Positions 51,100 through 60,751 of a stretch of 64,000 nt of DNA are shown here, one piece after another. Each line of letters begins with the position of its first letter. Position 1 is the stretch's first letter. Under the pieces are notes generated by a model, which saw only the letters and a program-made list of their open reading frames with translations, had not been told where the DNA came from and did no database searches. The DNA comes from Oceanispirochaeta sp. GTDB lineage: Bacteria; Spirochaetota; Spirochaetia; DSM-2461. Made by a program: the position numbers and the translations under genes. The stretch lies in contig CAXXXD010000003.1 of the NCBI GenBank assembly GCA_963663385.2, positions 320,001 through 384,000 of the forward strand, written 5' to 3'.

Positions 51100-51930
51100 T
51101 CAAGTGGGCAGAGGCGTAATTTCTTCAATATCCTGTTCGTCTTCCTCTTTGGAATGGAACCGTTCCAGCATTTTGCTGTAACGGTTCTTCAGAGAAAAAT
51201 AGGAACGTTTGTAGAGTTTATTCTGGTAGTCCATAAGGGATACTTTGTTATGGAGCCGGGAATTCTCCTTTTCCAGGTCCTGGATACGGCCCTGCGCCAG
51301 TTCCAGGGCATATCTGATATCAATCTGATTGCGTTTGTCCCCGATTTTCTGATTCAGTTCGATAAAGTTTTTTAAAAAAGCATGCCTGATGTTCTTATCC
51401 AGCTGCATCAGATCGGTAAATTCCATCTTATCCATATGGGAGATCAGCCGGTTATAGAGGTACTGCTGGGGGATGGCAATCGTCAGTCTGGACTGATTCT
51501 CCTCTTTTCGGGCAAAACTGATGCTGTTTTCCTTGCCGCTTATATGTATCTGAAATGTTTCGCTATTACTGTATCGGGTGGTTTCACTGGTCCTCAGCTG
51601 TATCTTTTTTTCAATGATCTCGGAGGATCGGGAGAATTTTCTCAGAAAAAGGAGAGTCCTGTTCTCCTCATCATGTATGTTTACGTCATCCAGGCGGATC
51701 TTATCAAACATCTCCGCAATATAATCAAACAGCTCCGATAAAAGGGTATAAAGGAGCTCGCCTCCGATATAAAACATCCCCTGATTCCGGATCTGCTTCT
51801 GATAATTCATGGATTTTATATACTCGTCATTGATAATAATACTGATATCGGCGTTTTTATTATTAATATCCTTCAACACATCGCCGCTGAAAATCCGGAC
51901 GCCTGAAGAATTTATGGCATTTATATTCAT
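51100..51930 (-). CDS. Hypothetical protein with C-terminal coiled coil
   Basis: 276-aa ORF; LELAQGRIQDLEKENSRLHNKV heptads, acidic tail. Confidence 0.7.
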   Translation of the reverse strand: MNINAINSSGVRIFSGDVLKDINNKNADISIIINDEYIKSMNYQKQIRNQGMFYIGGELLYTLLSELFDYIAEMFDKIRLDDVNIHDEENRTLLFLRKFSRSSEIIEKKIQLRTSETTRYSNSETFQIHISGKENSISFARKEENQSRLTIAIPQQYLYNRLISHMDKMEFTDLMQLDKNIRHAFLKNFIELNQKIGDKRNQIDIRYALELAQGRIQDLEKENSRLHNKVSLMDYQNKLYKRSYFSLKNRYSKMLERFHSKEEDEQDIEEITPLPT

Positions 51931-52072
51931 TACACTTCATTTTAAGTGATGAACGTGGCCTCTGTATATTCAAATTTCCCTTTGCAGGACTTTTTTTATA
52001 TAGATAATACTATCTCCCTGATTGACGGAGAGGTTAGGTGGTATATACAGGGTTCCCTTTTCTCTCCTGAAT

Positions 52073-53254
52073 TCACCCCCGGGAGCCCATCCTTTCCAGA
52101 AGAAAACAGGTTTTCAGAAGAAACAGAGGCAGGTGATAGGTTCCTTTAGCAGAGTTTCCTTTCAGATCCATCTGCACCGATCCGTCCCGTCTTAAAAAGC
52201 CGAACCACTCTTTCTTCTTTTTATCCGGAAACACCTCCCATGTATATTCCTGAACTGTTTCGAACCAGGTTTCATAAAGAGGATTTCCGGTCAGGTAAAA
52301 GGCAAGAAGCAGAGCGTATGTCCCGTGGCAGTGAACCTTCCAGATCTTCATATCCCAATCCAGCCTGTCCGGCTGACAGCCTCTGCTATCAACAAAGGAG
52401 TAAAATCCCTTTTCCTCGCTATCCCAGCCCAGCTGTAAGGCCGTGTCAAGCAGCGGAAGGAGGCGGTCCATCAATGCGTGATCATTGTTCCGTTCAGCTT
52501 CTTCCATAAGTATCCATATTATCTCGAAAGTTAAGGCCAGATTAATACAGTGGTCATTGGGGCCTTCCTGGATCTCTCCGGACAGGCTGACCCTGTTCAG
52601 GATGATACGACCCTCTTCTTTGACAAAATCCCGGAAGAGTTCCTCTACCAGTTCATCAAGCTGTTTCTCATAGTGTTCCCGGTTGTCCGTATCATACTTT
52701 CTGAGCACAAAGCAGAGATTCAGAAAGCCGCATAGGTGCGACAGGGTTTTTACATGACGATAATCCTCAAAGGAGGAATCAGGCTGTTCTTCTGATGAAC
52801 GGAGAACCAATGCGTAGAGCTCCCTTGCTTCTTCCAGGGCTTTGTGATCTCCCGAAACGGCGGAATAAGCGGCCATCCCCATGGCAGCTGAACACAGGGC
52901 TTTCCCGCTGCTTTTCTGTCTCAGGGCTTTTCCCGCTCTGCTGGTTTCTGCATACAGTTTCCCATCTCCGGGGCGCCGGAAATGCTCTCTGATAAAATCT
53001 ACAGCCGAACCGGCTCCCTGGAGCCACTCTTTTCTCTCTTCCAGCTCTCCGGTTAATATCGAAAAGAGCCAGGCAGCTTTCCCCTGAGACTCTCCCCTTT
53101 TATCATCAGAGAGAGGGGTGCCGGTTCTGGACAGGTAGGTATAAAAACCGCCTTCCTCAGCGTCCATTCCGTGAGAAAGCCAGAAAGGAACGATGTCCGT
53201 CAGCAGCTCATTGCAGTAAAAATTCTTCAGTTCCCGCACTCTGTATGGATTCAT
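52073..53254 (-). CDS. N-acylglucosamine 2-epimerase (AGE) superfamily protein, apparently degenerate active site
   Basis: DIVPFWL..D...GGF, GWD...GF, DWDMKIW, EWFGFLRRDG, KG...YHLP. Confidence 0.85.
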   Translation of the reverse strand: MNPYRVRELKNFYCNELLTDIVPFWLSHGMDAEEGGFYTYLSRTGTPLSDDKRGESQGKAAWLFSILTGELEERKEWLQGAGSAVDFIREHFRRPGDGKLYAETSRAGKALRQKSSGKALCSAAMGMAAYSAVSGDHKALEEARELYALVLRSSEEQPDSSFEDYRHVKTLSHLCGFLNLCFVLRKYDTDNREHYEKQLDELVEELFRDFVKEEGRIILNRVSLSGEIQEGPNDHCINLALTFEIIWILMEEAERNNDHALMDRLLPLLDTALQLGWDSEEKGFYSFVDSRGCQPDRLDWDMKIWKVHCHGTYALLLAFYLTGNPLYETWFETVQEYTWEVFPDKKKKEWFGFLRRDGSVQMDLKGNSAKGTYHLPLFLLKTCFLLERMGSRG

Positions 53255-53269
53255 GGAATATATCCTGTC

Positions 53270-53935
53270 CTAATCAATATCTTCGATGGTAATTTCCGTA
53301 TACTGATACTCCAGTTCCGGATCCAGGGTCAGGCTGAAGGAATAGGTATCCCCCTCCGTATCAACGCCCTGAATATCATAATCCACTTCCGCATTGGACC
53401 GGAAGAGGAGTACCGAAAGGGACTCATCCTCAAGCAGTGTTGTTTCGCTGTCCATAAAATCGATTCCGTATATCTGTGAATCCGAGGGCGAAATAAACAT
53501 ATAGTAGAGTTCAAATCCCGTATGGTTGCTGATTTCCAGGGAGATCAGGCTGGATTCCAGTTCGTCCAGGTCCCAGAAGTCGGTAATATAGGAATCATTG
53601 ATTACAATGCGGGCTTCCTCATCATCATTGATTTCCATATCATACAGTTCATACATATTTCCATCCTCGTCTACAGCCATAAAGTCAAAGGTAGCCGAGT
53701 ATTCGGGGTAGGAAATGAAAAACTCAACTGATTCACCGGCATAAAGGGTTCTGGTATCTCCCAGAACATCCGGTCCCCAGTATTCACTGTCTCCGGGCGA
53801 GAAGAAGAGGTAGCAGATCTCTTTGCCTGTCTTGTTCCTGAATTCTATCAGATTGTAACGGGACTCCTGAGCGCACAGAATGGAGGACACTGTAAAAAAC
53901 AGAAACAGCAGAAGGGCTTTCTTTTTCATCATCAT
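53270..53935 (-). CDS. Secreted acidic protein with two tandem ~90-aa repeats
   Basis: Signal peptide; NKTGKEICYLFFSPGDSEYWGPDVLG vs NHTGFELYYMFISPSDSQIYGIDFMD. Confidence 0.75.
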   Translation of the reverse strand: MMMKKKALLLFLFFTVSSILCAQESRYNLIEFRNKTGKEICYLFFSPGDSEYWGPDVLGDTRTLYAGESVEFFISYPEYSATFDFMAVDEDGNMYELYDMEINDDEEARIVINDSYITDFWDLDELESSLISLEISNHTGFELYYMFISPSDSQIYGIDFMDSETTLLEDESLSVLLFRSNAEVDYDIQGVDTEGDTYSFSLTLDPELEYQYTEITIEDID

Positions 53936-54930
53936 TCACCTTTATCGAGTATCCGGTCTATCTCCTTCAGTTCTTCTCCGGTAAAATTCAGGTTATTCAG
54001 GGCTTTCACACTGTCTTCCAGCTGGCTGACCCTGCTGGCTCCCACCAGAACGGATGTTACCTCGGGAATCCGCAGGTTCCAGGCTATAGCCATCTGCGCA
54101 AGAGACTGGTCCCTTTTTTCGGCCAGTGCATCCAGGTCGTTGAGCATTTTTACAAGCTTGACCGTAATGGTCTCTTTTTGCAGAAAACCGTGTTCCTTGG
54201 CCGCACGTGAGTCTTCGGGAATCTCTTTCAGGTATTTGTCGGTCAGAAGCCCCTGTGCCAGGGGAGAGAAGACGATACTGCCGATCTTTTCTTCCCGCAG
54301 GACATCAGTCAGTCCCTCTTCGGGTGTTCGGTTCAGCATGGAATACTTCGGCTGATGGATCAGGCAGGGGGTCCCCAGAGATTTCAAAATGGCGGCCGCC
54401 TGTCTAGTCTGCTCCGGGTTGTAGTTGGATAGGCCCGCATAGAGAGCTTTTCCGCTGCGAACAGCCGTATCAAGAGCACCCATTGTTTCTTCCATCGGAG
54501 TTTCCGGATCGGGCCTGTGGGAGTAGAAAATATCCACATACTCAAGTCCCATGCGCTTCAGGCTCTGATTCAGACTGCTAATCATATATTTACGGCTTCC
54601 GAAATCCCCATAGGGACCGGGCCACATGGTGTATCCTGCTTTAGAGGATATGATCATTTCATCCCGGTAGGGAACAAAGTGCTTTTTCAGAATTTTACCA
54701 AAGTTCTCTTCTGCAGATCCCGGAGGAGGACCGTAGTTGTTGGCCAGATCAAAATGGGTTATTCCAAGGTCGAAAGCCCGGATTATGAGGCTTTCCATTA
54801 TTTCAAAACTGTCTACATTCCCAAAGTTGTGCCACAAACCCAGGGATAAGGCCGGCAGTTTAAGACCGCTGGCGCCGCATCTGTTGTATATCATGTTTTG
54901 ATAACGGGAATCGGAAGGTTTAAAATGCAT
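53932..54930 (-). CDS. gpr: Aldo/keto reductase, L-glyceraldehyde-3-phosphate reductase (Gpr/YghZ-like)
   Basis: LSLGLWHNFG, THFDLANNYGPPPGSAE, SKAGY.MWPGPYG, HQPKYSM; ATG 54930 with GGAGG. Confidence 0.9.
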   Translation of the reverse strand: MHFKPSDSRYQNMIYNRCGASGLKLPALSLGLWHNFGNVDSFEIMESLIIRAFDLGITHFDLANNYGPPPGSAEENFGKILKKHFVPYRDEMIISSKAGYTMWPGPYGDFGSRKYMISSLNQSLKRMGLEYVDIFYSHRPDPETPMEETMGALDTAVRSGKALYAGLSNYNPEQTRQAAAILKSLGTPCLIHQPKYSMLNRTPEEGLTDVLREEKIGSIVFSPLAQGLLTDKYLKEIPEDSRAAKEHGFLQKETITVKLVKMLNDLDALAEKRDQSLAQMAIAWNLRIPEVTSVLVGASRVSQLEDSVKALNNLNFTGEELKEIDRILDKGE

Positions 54931-55021
54931 AAGCTTTCCTCCATTTTTACAATTCATACTAAGGGTTTTTATCTCAAATAGCAAATCATTGATTTTGGAA
55001 GAGGCCAGCCCGGGAGGTGGA

Positions 55022-55579
55022 TTATCCCTGAAACAGTATCCGGATACCTATTAGAACCAGAACGGCTCCCCCGACCGTTTCCATCCTTTCCCCGAAGATA
55101 TGACTCAGCTTATGTCCTGTCCTTACGCCCGCATAGGATATGACAAAGGTTGTTAAACCGATAACAGCCGCGGATGACAGGATAGGGTAGTTTAAAAAGG
55201 AGAAGCTGATCCCTACTGCCAGGGCGTCAATACTGGTAGCAACAGCCAGGATAAGCAGGTTTTTAATATGGAACACATCTTCAGGATCCCTGCACTCTCT
55301 ATCGGGGTGGAAACTCTCCCATATCATTTTGATACCGATAAAGCCAAGAAGGATAAAGGCGATCCAGTGGTTCAGGGATTCAATCCAGTCAGCCTGAAGG
55401 AAGCTGACCCCGAACCAGCCGATAAGGGGCATGGCAGCCTGAAATATACCGAAAAGGGCTGCTGTCAGCAGACAGTGGGAGTGTACAAAATCATCCATGG
55501 TACAGCCGCAGGAGAGGGATGCGGCAAAAGCATCCATGGAAAGGGCAACAGCGATCACTAAAAGGGTTGGGAAATCCAT
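55022..55579 (-). CDS. mntP: Manganese efflux pump MntP family
   Basis: ALSMDAFA, FQAAMPLIGW, ATSIDALAVG. Confidence 0.92.
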   Translation of the reverse strand: MDFPTLLVIAVALSMDAFAASLSCGCTMDDFVHSHCLLTAALFGIFQAAMPLIGWFGVSFLQADWIESLNHWIAFILLGFIGIKMIWESFHPDRECRDPEDVFHIKNLLILAVATSIDALAVGISFSFLNYPILSSAAVIGLTTFVISYAGVRTGHKLSHIFGERMETVGGAVLVLIGIRILFQG

Positions 55580-55659
55580 CAGTCCTCCTTGGGATAACCA
55601 GTATAAAGTCTGTTAAAATCCTTGGCAACTCGGCTTCCGGGGTGATTCTTCAATTATGA

Positions 55660-55709
55660 TTGACAGAGAGGAAAATCAGTTATAGTATTTATTCATTCAA
55701 TGAATTAAA
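55660..55709 (+). promoter_or_regulatory. Promoter and palindromic operator of the ABC-cutC-ROK-M81 operon
   Basis: TTGACA (55660-55665) - 17 nt - TAGTAT (55683-55688); perfect 7-1-7 IR ATTCATT-C-AATGAAT (55691-55705). Confidence 0.65.
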
Positions 55710-55722
55710 TAAGGAGAAAGAG

Positions 55723-57027
55723 ATGAAACGAGTAGCTCTTTTATGTTTGAGTGTCTGCTTAATGGGAGTACCGGTTTTCGCCGGAGGATCACAGGAAGCA
55801 GTGGAAGACAATGGTCCTGTTACTTTAACTACCTATTTTCAGGTCGATCCCGCCAACCCCCAGTCGGAAGGGTACAATCAGACGATGGCCGCTTTCGAAG
55901 AAGCCAACCCCGACATCAAAATGGATTATGAGTATGCCACAGGAGAAGCTTTTCACCAGAAATTCCAGGCCATGGCAGCCTCCCGTCAGATGCCGGATGT
56001 ATTTACCACATATGTTGGAAAGAGAACTGCTTATATCACCGAAACCGGTATGGTTCTTGATCTGAGATCCTACCTGACAGACGACTTTAAATCTTCCTTC
56101 AATCCCGCTGCATGGGAAGCTCAGGGAGCTGATGGTGAGATCTATACAATTCCGCCCTCAATGGCAGTCTGTCATGTTTTCTACGGAAACAGTCTGATCC
56201 TTGACGAATTGGGACTGGACTTCGCCTCCACTTATGAAGAACTTCTGGCTCAGGCCGATAAAATCCGCAATGCCGGTTACTATCCCGTTTCCATGGGAAA
56301 CAAAGACCAGTGGGTTGTAAACTCCTGGCTTCTCAGTGCCCTCGTAGACCGTACTGGCGGAAAAGAGTGGTTCCGAAAAGCCATGACCGGAAAGGCTTCC
56401 TTTACGGATGCTCCGTTTGTCAAAGCTCTTGATATTGTTGATGAGATGACTAAAAAGAACATTTTCTCTCCCGGTGTAAATCAGATGTCCAACACCGAAG
56501 CGGACCAGGAATTCTATCAGCAGAAATCTGCCTATCTGATCGATGCCGGATGGAGAACTTCCGCCATGATCAGCATTCTGACTCCCGAGCAGCAGGATGC
56601 TGTGGAAATGGGCGTTTTTCCCGCCATTAACGGTGAGGTTTCTCCGGGTTCCAGCGCTGCTGTACCGTCAGAAGGTTTCGGAATCAGCGCCAAACTGGAA
56701 GGAACAGCCAAAGCGGATGCCGCATGGGCACTGCTGAAGTTCTATAATGGCGCCGAAGGCGCTGCCATCAGACTGAAATACGGTGAAATCCCCACATATA
56801 AACTCAATTATGCCGACTTTGATATGCCCGGTCTGCAGAAAAAGTATGCCGAGTTCTCAACATCAAAACCCATGGGTTACATCATCGATGCCAAGATGGA
56901 CGGTGAAGGGATGGGACTCCTCAACCCCGAAATCCAGGCTATGATGTTCGGTCAATTGACTCCTGCGGAAGTCGCCGCCCACTATGAAGAATGGGTAGCC
57001 GCTAACGATTCCAACAGAGGAAATTAA
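55723..57027 (+). CDS. Carbohydrate ABC transporter substrate-binding protein
   Basis: Signal peptide then FAGGSQE; FEEANPDIK, PDVF, DGEIYTIP; ATG 55723 with AAGGAG. Confidence 0.92.
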   Translation: MKRVALLCLSVCLMGVPVFAGGSQEAVEDNGPVTLTTYFQVDPANPQSEGYNQTMAAFEEANPDIKMDYEYATGEAFHQKFQAMAASRQMPDVFTTYVGKRTAYITETGMVLDLRSYLTDDFKSSFNPAAWEAQGADGEIYTIPPSMAVCHVFYGNSLILDELGLDFASTYEELLAQADKIRNAGYYPVSMGNKDQWVVNSWLLSALVDRTGGKEWFRKAMTGKASFTDAPFVKALDIVDEMTKKNIFSPGVNQMSNTEADQEFYQQKSAYLIDAGWRTSAMISILTPEQQDAVEMGVFPAINGEVSPGSSAAVPSEGFGISAKLEGTAKADAAWALLKFYNGAEGAAIRLKYGEIPTYKLNYADFDMPGLQKKYAEFSTSKPMGYIIDAKMDGEGMGLLNPEIQAMMFGQLTPAEVAAHYEEWVAANDSNRGN

Positions 57028-57037
57028 AAAATTACAG

Positions 57038-57073
57038 TTTCCGGCTCCGTTCCTTCAGGGATGGCGCCGGAAA
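57038..57073 (+). other. Stem-loop after the binding-protein gene
   Basis: TTTCCGGC-TCCGTTCC-ttca-GGGATGGC-GCCGGAAA. Confidence 0.55.
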
Positions 57074-57084
57074 AGGATACTATC

Positions 57085-57972
57085 GTGATTGAATCAAGAC
57101 ATAAGAAAATCAGTTATTACATCCTGCTCTATCCGGCGTTTCTGGTTTTTGTTTCTGTAATCCTGTTTCCGATTGTTGTCAGTTTCGGACTTGGTTTTAC
57201 AAAATGGAAACACTTTCGCCTGGTAGGATTCGTCGGACTGGATAACTATCTGAATATTTTCAAAGATCCTGTTTTTCTGCAGGCCCTGTGGCACAATGTG
57301 GAAATAATGCTTATCTCTGTGCTGGGGCAGATCCCTCTGGGAATCATCCTGGCCTATATTCTGTATCGCAAACTGGTTAAGGGAACGAAGTTCTTCGAAA
57401 TGATGATCTTCCTGCCCATTACCATCTCATCAGTTGTCGTAGCGCTCCTCTGGAACAGGATCTTCTCTCCTGTAGGAATCTATACAAGTCTTGTCCGTTC
57501 CCTGACTGCCAATCCGGATTATGTTGTACGGATTTTTGAGGATCCCGATCTGGCCATGATACCCATTCTGTTTGTGCTCCTCTGGATGCATACCAGTTTG
57601 TATATGGTCATGTTTCTGGCCAATATGCAGAGGCTGCCGAAATCCATGATGGAAGCGGCTGTTATTGACGGGGCGGGAGAGCTGAAAATATTTTTCCGGC
57701 TGGTAGTGCCTGCTCTTGCCAGTGTTATCTTTACCAGTTCGATCTTTGCCATATCGGGCAGTTTGAAGAGTTTCGATCTGGTGTATGCCATGACAGGAGG
57801 CGGTCCGGTCCACTATACATCGGTTATGTCCATTTACCTGTATAAACATACTTTTACCTACAATAATTACGGATACGGCAGTGCTGTTTCCGTTATCATA
57901 GTAGCCCTGAGTGTCGGGCTGATTCTACTTACCCGTTCCGCATACGAACGGTATCAGAGGAACCATGAATAA
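57085..57972 (+). CDS. Carbohydrate ABC transporter permease
   Basis: FVGLDNY, EAAVIDGA, MTGGGP, YGYGSA; start GTG 57085 (or ATG 57061). Confidence 0.9.
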   Translation: MIESRHKKISYYILLYPAFLVFVSVILFPIVVSFGLGFTKWKHFRLVGFVGLDNYLNIFKDPVFLQALWHNVEIMLISVLGQIPLGIILAYILYRKLVKGTKFFEMMIFLPITISSVVVALLWNRIFSPVGIYTSLVRSLTANPDYVVRIFEDPDLAMIPILFVLLWMHTSLYMVMFLANMQRLPKSMMEAAVIDGAGELKIFFRLVVPALASVIFTSSIFAISGSLKSFDLVYAMTGGGPVHYTSVMSIYLYKHTFTYNNYGYGSAVSVIIVALSVGLILLTRSAYERYQRNHE

Positions 57973-58819
57973 GATATTTCAACTGGATGAAAACAGAATA
58001 TCCCCGGGAACGAAAATCGGTGCTTACACCTTCCTGCTGGCGTTTACTTTTATCACCCTGATGCCGCTGGTTTGGCTGATATACTCTTCTTTCAAGCTGC
58101 AGGGTGAGATTATGCTGTTTCCTCTTGGACTCCCGAAAGATCCGACTGTTCAGAACTACAGGGATGCCTGGGGCCTGGGAAATATGGGAATGGCCGGCAT
58201 AAACAGTATCTATTATACCTCTGTTGCCACATTCCTCACCATTATGCTTTCACTGGCAGCCGGTTTTTCACTGACGAAGTTCGGGTATAAGTCTGCAAAG
58301 GTGTACTATTCTATTTTTACACTGGGGCTGCTTATAACGGTAAACTCCGTAATTGCGCCCCTGTTTATACTGGAAACCAATCTGGGGCTGTATAACACCC
58401 GTTGGGGAGTCATTCTGCCCTATATCGCGTTCGGTCTGCCCATGGCTATTCTGCTTGCTGCTTCCTATATCAGGGGGGTCCCCGATTCCCTTATTGAAGC
58501 GGCTGTAATTGACGGCGCTACCTATATGCAGATCTTTCAGCGGATAATCATCATTATAAGCTCTCCCGTACTGGCAACCATTGCCGTACTGACTTTTCTG
58601 CGGAACTGGAACGAGTTCATCCTTGTGTTCATCCTTACTTCCGGTGAAAATATGAGAAGCCTTCCCGTGTCGATCAATGCCTTTGCGGGCCGTTTGAATG
58701 TAAATTACGGCATGCAGTTTGCCGCGCTTGTAATCGGTACGCTGCCAATGATCCTCTTTTATATAATGGCCCACAATTTACTGATTAAAGGATTTGGAGA
58801 AGGGGCGCTGAAAGAGTAA
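57965..58819 (+). CDS. Carbohydrate ABC transporter permease
   Basis: EAAVIDGA, WNEF, GALKE end. Confidence 0.92.
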   Translation: MNKIFQLDENRISPGTKIGAYTFLLAFTFITLMPLVWLIYSSFKLQGEIMLFPLGLPKDPTVQNYRDAWGLGNMGMAGINSIYYTSVATFLTIMLSLAAGFSLTKFGYKSAKVYYSIFTLGLLITVNSVIAPLFILETNLGLYNTRWGVILPYIAFGLPMAILLAASYIRGVPDSLIEAAVIDGATYMQIFQRIIIIISSPVLATIAVLTFLRNWNEFILVFILTSGENMRSLPVSINAFAGRLNVNYGMQFAALVIGTLPMILFYIMAHNLLIKGFGEGALKE

Positions 58820-58840
58820 CCCTTTATAGGAGTATAAAAT

Positions 58841-59590
58841 ATGAATAAAAAACCGATTTTTGAAGTTTGTCTTGATTCTGTGGAATCCGCTCTGGAAGCC
58901 CAGGCCGGAGGAGCAGACAGGGTCGAGCTTTGCGATAATCTCTTTGAAGGAGGAACAACTCCCAGTGCCGGAACAATACGGCTGGCCCGGGAAAAGCTCA
59001 GCATCGGCCTTCAGGTTATCATTCGCCCCCGGGGAGGGGACTTCTGCTACAGCGATGTGGAAATGGAAGTAATGAAACAGGATGTTGTCACCGCACGGGA
59101 ACTGGGCGCCGATGGAGTCGTTATCGGAATCCTTCAACCTGACGGACGTGTGGATAAGGAACGCTGCGCCGAGCTGATCGAGCTGGCTGGAGATATGAAT
59201 GTTACCTTTCACAGGGCTTTTGACATGACCAGGGATCCTTTCGAGGCTCTGGAAGATATTATTACTCTCGGCTGCAGCAGGATCCTCACATCCGGTCAGG
59301 AAGCTACGGTGCCGGAAGGACTGGATCTTTTAAAAAAGCTGGTGCAGAAAGCGGGAGATCGTATTATTATAATGCCCGGGAACGGTATCAGCGAACGGAA
59401 TCTGGAAAAGGTTATCCGGGAAACAGGGGCATCCGAATATCATATCTATATTCATTCCCCCCGGGCAAGCGCCATGGAATTCCGGCCGGACCATATTTAT
59501 ATGGGCGGATTGCTCAGGCAGCCTGAGTTCTTTAACCAGTATACAGACCGGTCCCGGATGAACCAGATGAAAAGGATAGGTCAGCAATAA
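58841..59590 (+). CDS. cutC: CutC-family TIM-barrel protein ('copper homeostasis protein')
   Basis: EVCLDS, GADRVELC, GGTTPS, IRPRGGDFCY, TFHRAFD, RILTSG. Confidence 0.93.
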   Translation: MNKKPIFEVCLDSVESALEAQAGGADRVELCDNLFEGGTTPSAGTIRLAREKLSIGLQVIIRPRGGDFCYSDVEMEVMKQDVVTARELGADGVVIGILQPDGRVDKERCAELIELAGDMNVTFHRAFDMTRDPFEALEDIITLGCSRILTSGQEATVPEGLDLLKKLVQKAGDRIIIMPGNGISERNLEKVIRETGASEYHIYIHSPRASAMEFRPDHIYMGGLLRQPEFFNQYTDRSRMNQMKRIGQQ

Positions 59591-60748
59591 GTGAAAGTCG
59601 TCGGGAACAACCGGTTCCAGAAAGCAGCCAATACAATTCTGATTCTGAATTATCTCAGGAGCCGGGGAAACTGTTCCCGTGCCCTCCTCTCCAGAAACCT
59701 GGGACTGCAGCCCTCAACGGTAACCTATATCGTCAACCGGCTGCAGGATCTGGGGCTGGTTTATGAAACCAAGGAAGCTGAGAAGTCCGGAAGCGGACGC
59801 AAACCCATTCTCCTGGCTTTAAACAGAGGGTATGGCTACAGCATCGGGTTGGACCTGCAGGCGGACTATTACAATTTCGTTGTGAGCGATCTGGGGGGGA
59901 TTACTGTCCTGACAGGATGGCGGGAACATACCGGAAGGAGTCTGTCTTTTTCTGATCTGGTTATATCCGTAATTGATGAAATTCTGGAACAGATCGACGG
60001 AAAGGTTCTTGGATTGGGACTGGCCCTGCCGGGTGTGGTTGATGCCCTTAATTCCGAAGTCGTGGACTGCTGGACCCATTCTCTGACAAACTACTCTTTT
60101 CCCGAGGAAATATCGGAACGATATGACTTTCCGATTCATCTGGAAAACGATGCCAACTGCTGTTCCTGGCACAAGCTGTGGGACGACGGAGACGACAGGG
60201 ACGACTCATTCCTATATCTGCTGACCCGTTTTCATAGAGCTGAACTGGTTCCGGAGGATATGCCTCCCGTGGGAGTCGGTCTCGGTCTTGTTCTGGAGGG
60301 GGAAGTATTCAGAGGATTCCGGCATATGGCCGGTGAATTCCGCAGTATATTCTACAGAGAACCCGGTACCGGCCAATTGTCTCTTTCCAAACAGGAACTG
60401 CAACGTGTACTTGCGGACAAAGAGGTCTTACGCCGGCTGATTGTTGAAATACTCCGGAACATTTTCTTTCTTATCCCTGTTCTCAATCCGAGAGTCATCT
60501 ATATCGGAGGGGATTTGGGGAGCCATAAGGATCTTATCCTTGATATTCTGGATAAGGAACTGAAAAACGAAGACTCCTTCAGGAAAAAGATGCTCTGCGG
60601 TCTGGAAGTTTCCGAAGACTGCGCTTTTGACAGTGCCAAAGGGGCGGCTGTTCTCTCTCAGAAACAGCTGTTTTCCATGCCCCATGTGGGAGATTCAAAG
60701 AAATCCTCCTCCTGGTACGATTTTCTGATGGGGAAAGCTGGAGAATAA
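59591..60748 (+). CDS. ROK-family transcriptional regulator
   Basis: SRALLSRNLGLQPSTVT HTH, GRKP, GLALPG, LENDAN, AGEF. Confidence 0.9.
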   Translation: MKVVGNNRFQKAANTILILNYLRSRGNCSRALLSRNLGLQPSTVTYIVNRLQDLGLVYETKEAEKSGSGRKPILLALNRGYGYSIGLDLQADYYNFVVSDLGGITVLTGWREHTGRSLSFSDLVISVIDEILEQIDGKVLGLGLALPGVVDALNSEVVDCWTHSLTNYSFPEEISERYDFPIHLENDANCCSWHKLWDDGDDRDDSFLYLLTRFHRAELVPEDMPPVGVGLGLVLEGEVFRGFRHMAGEFRSIFYREPGTGQLSLSKQELQRVLADKEVLRRLIVEILRNIFFLIPVLNPRVIYIGGDLGSHKDLILDILDKELKNEDSFRKKMLCGLEVSEDCAFDSAKGAAVLSQKQLFSMPHVGDSKKSSSWYDFLMGKAGE

Positions 60749-60751
60749 AAT

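Noticed and set aside
55580..55660. yybP-ykoY Mn riboswitch upstream of mntP
   Set aside because: The intergenic space is short and shared with the divergent promoter; no recognisable aptamer by eye. An Rfam scan would settle it.
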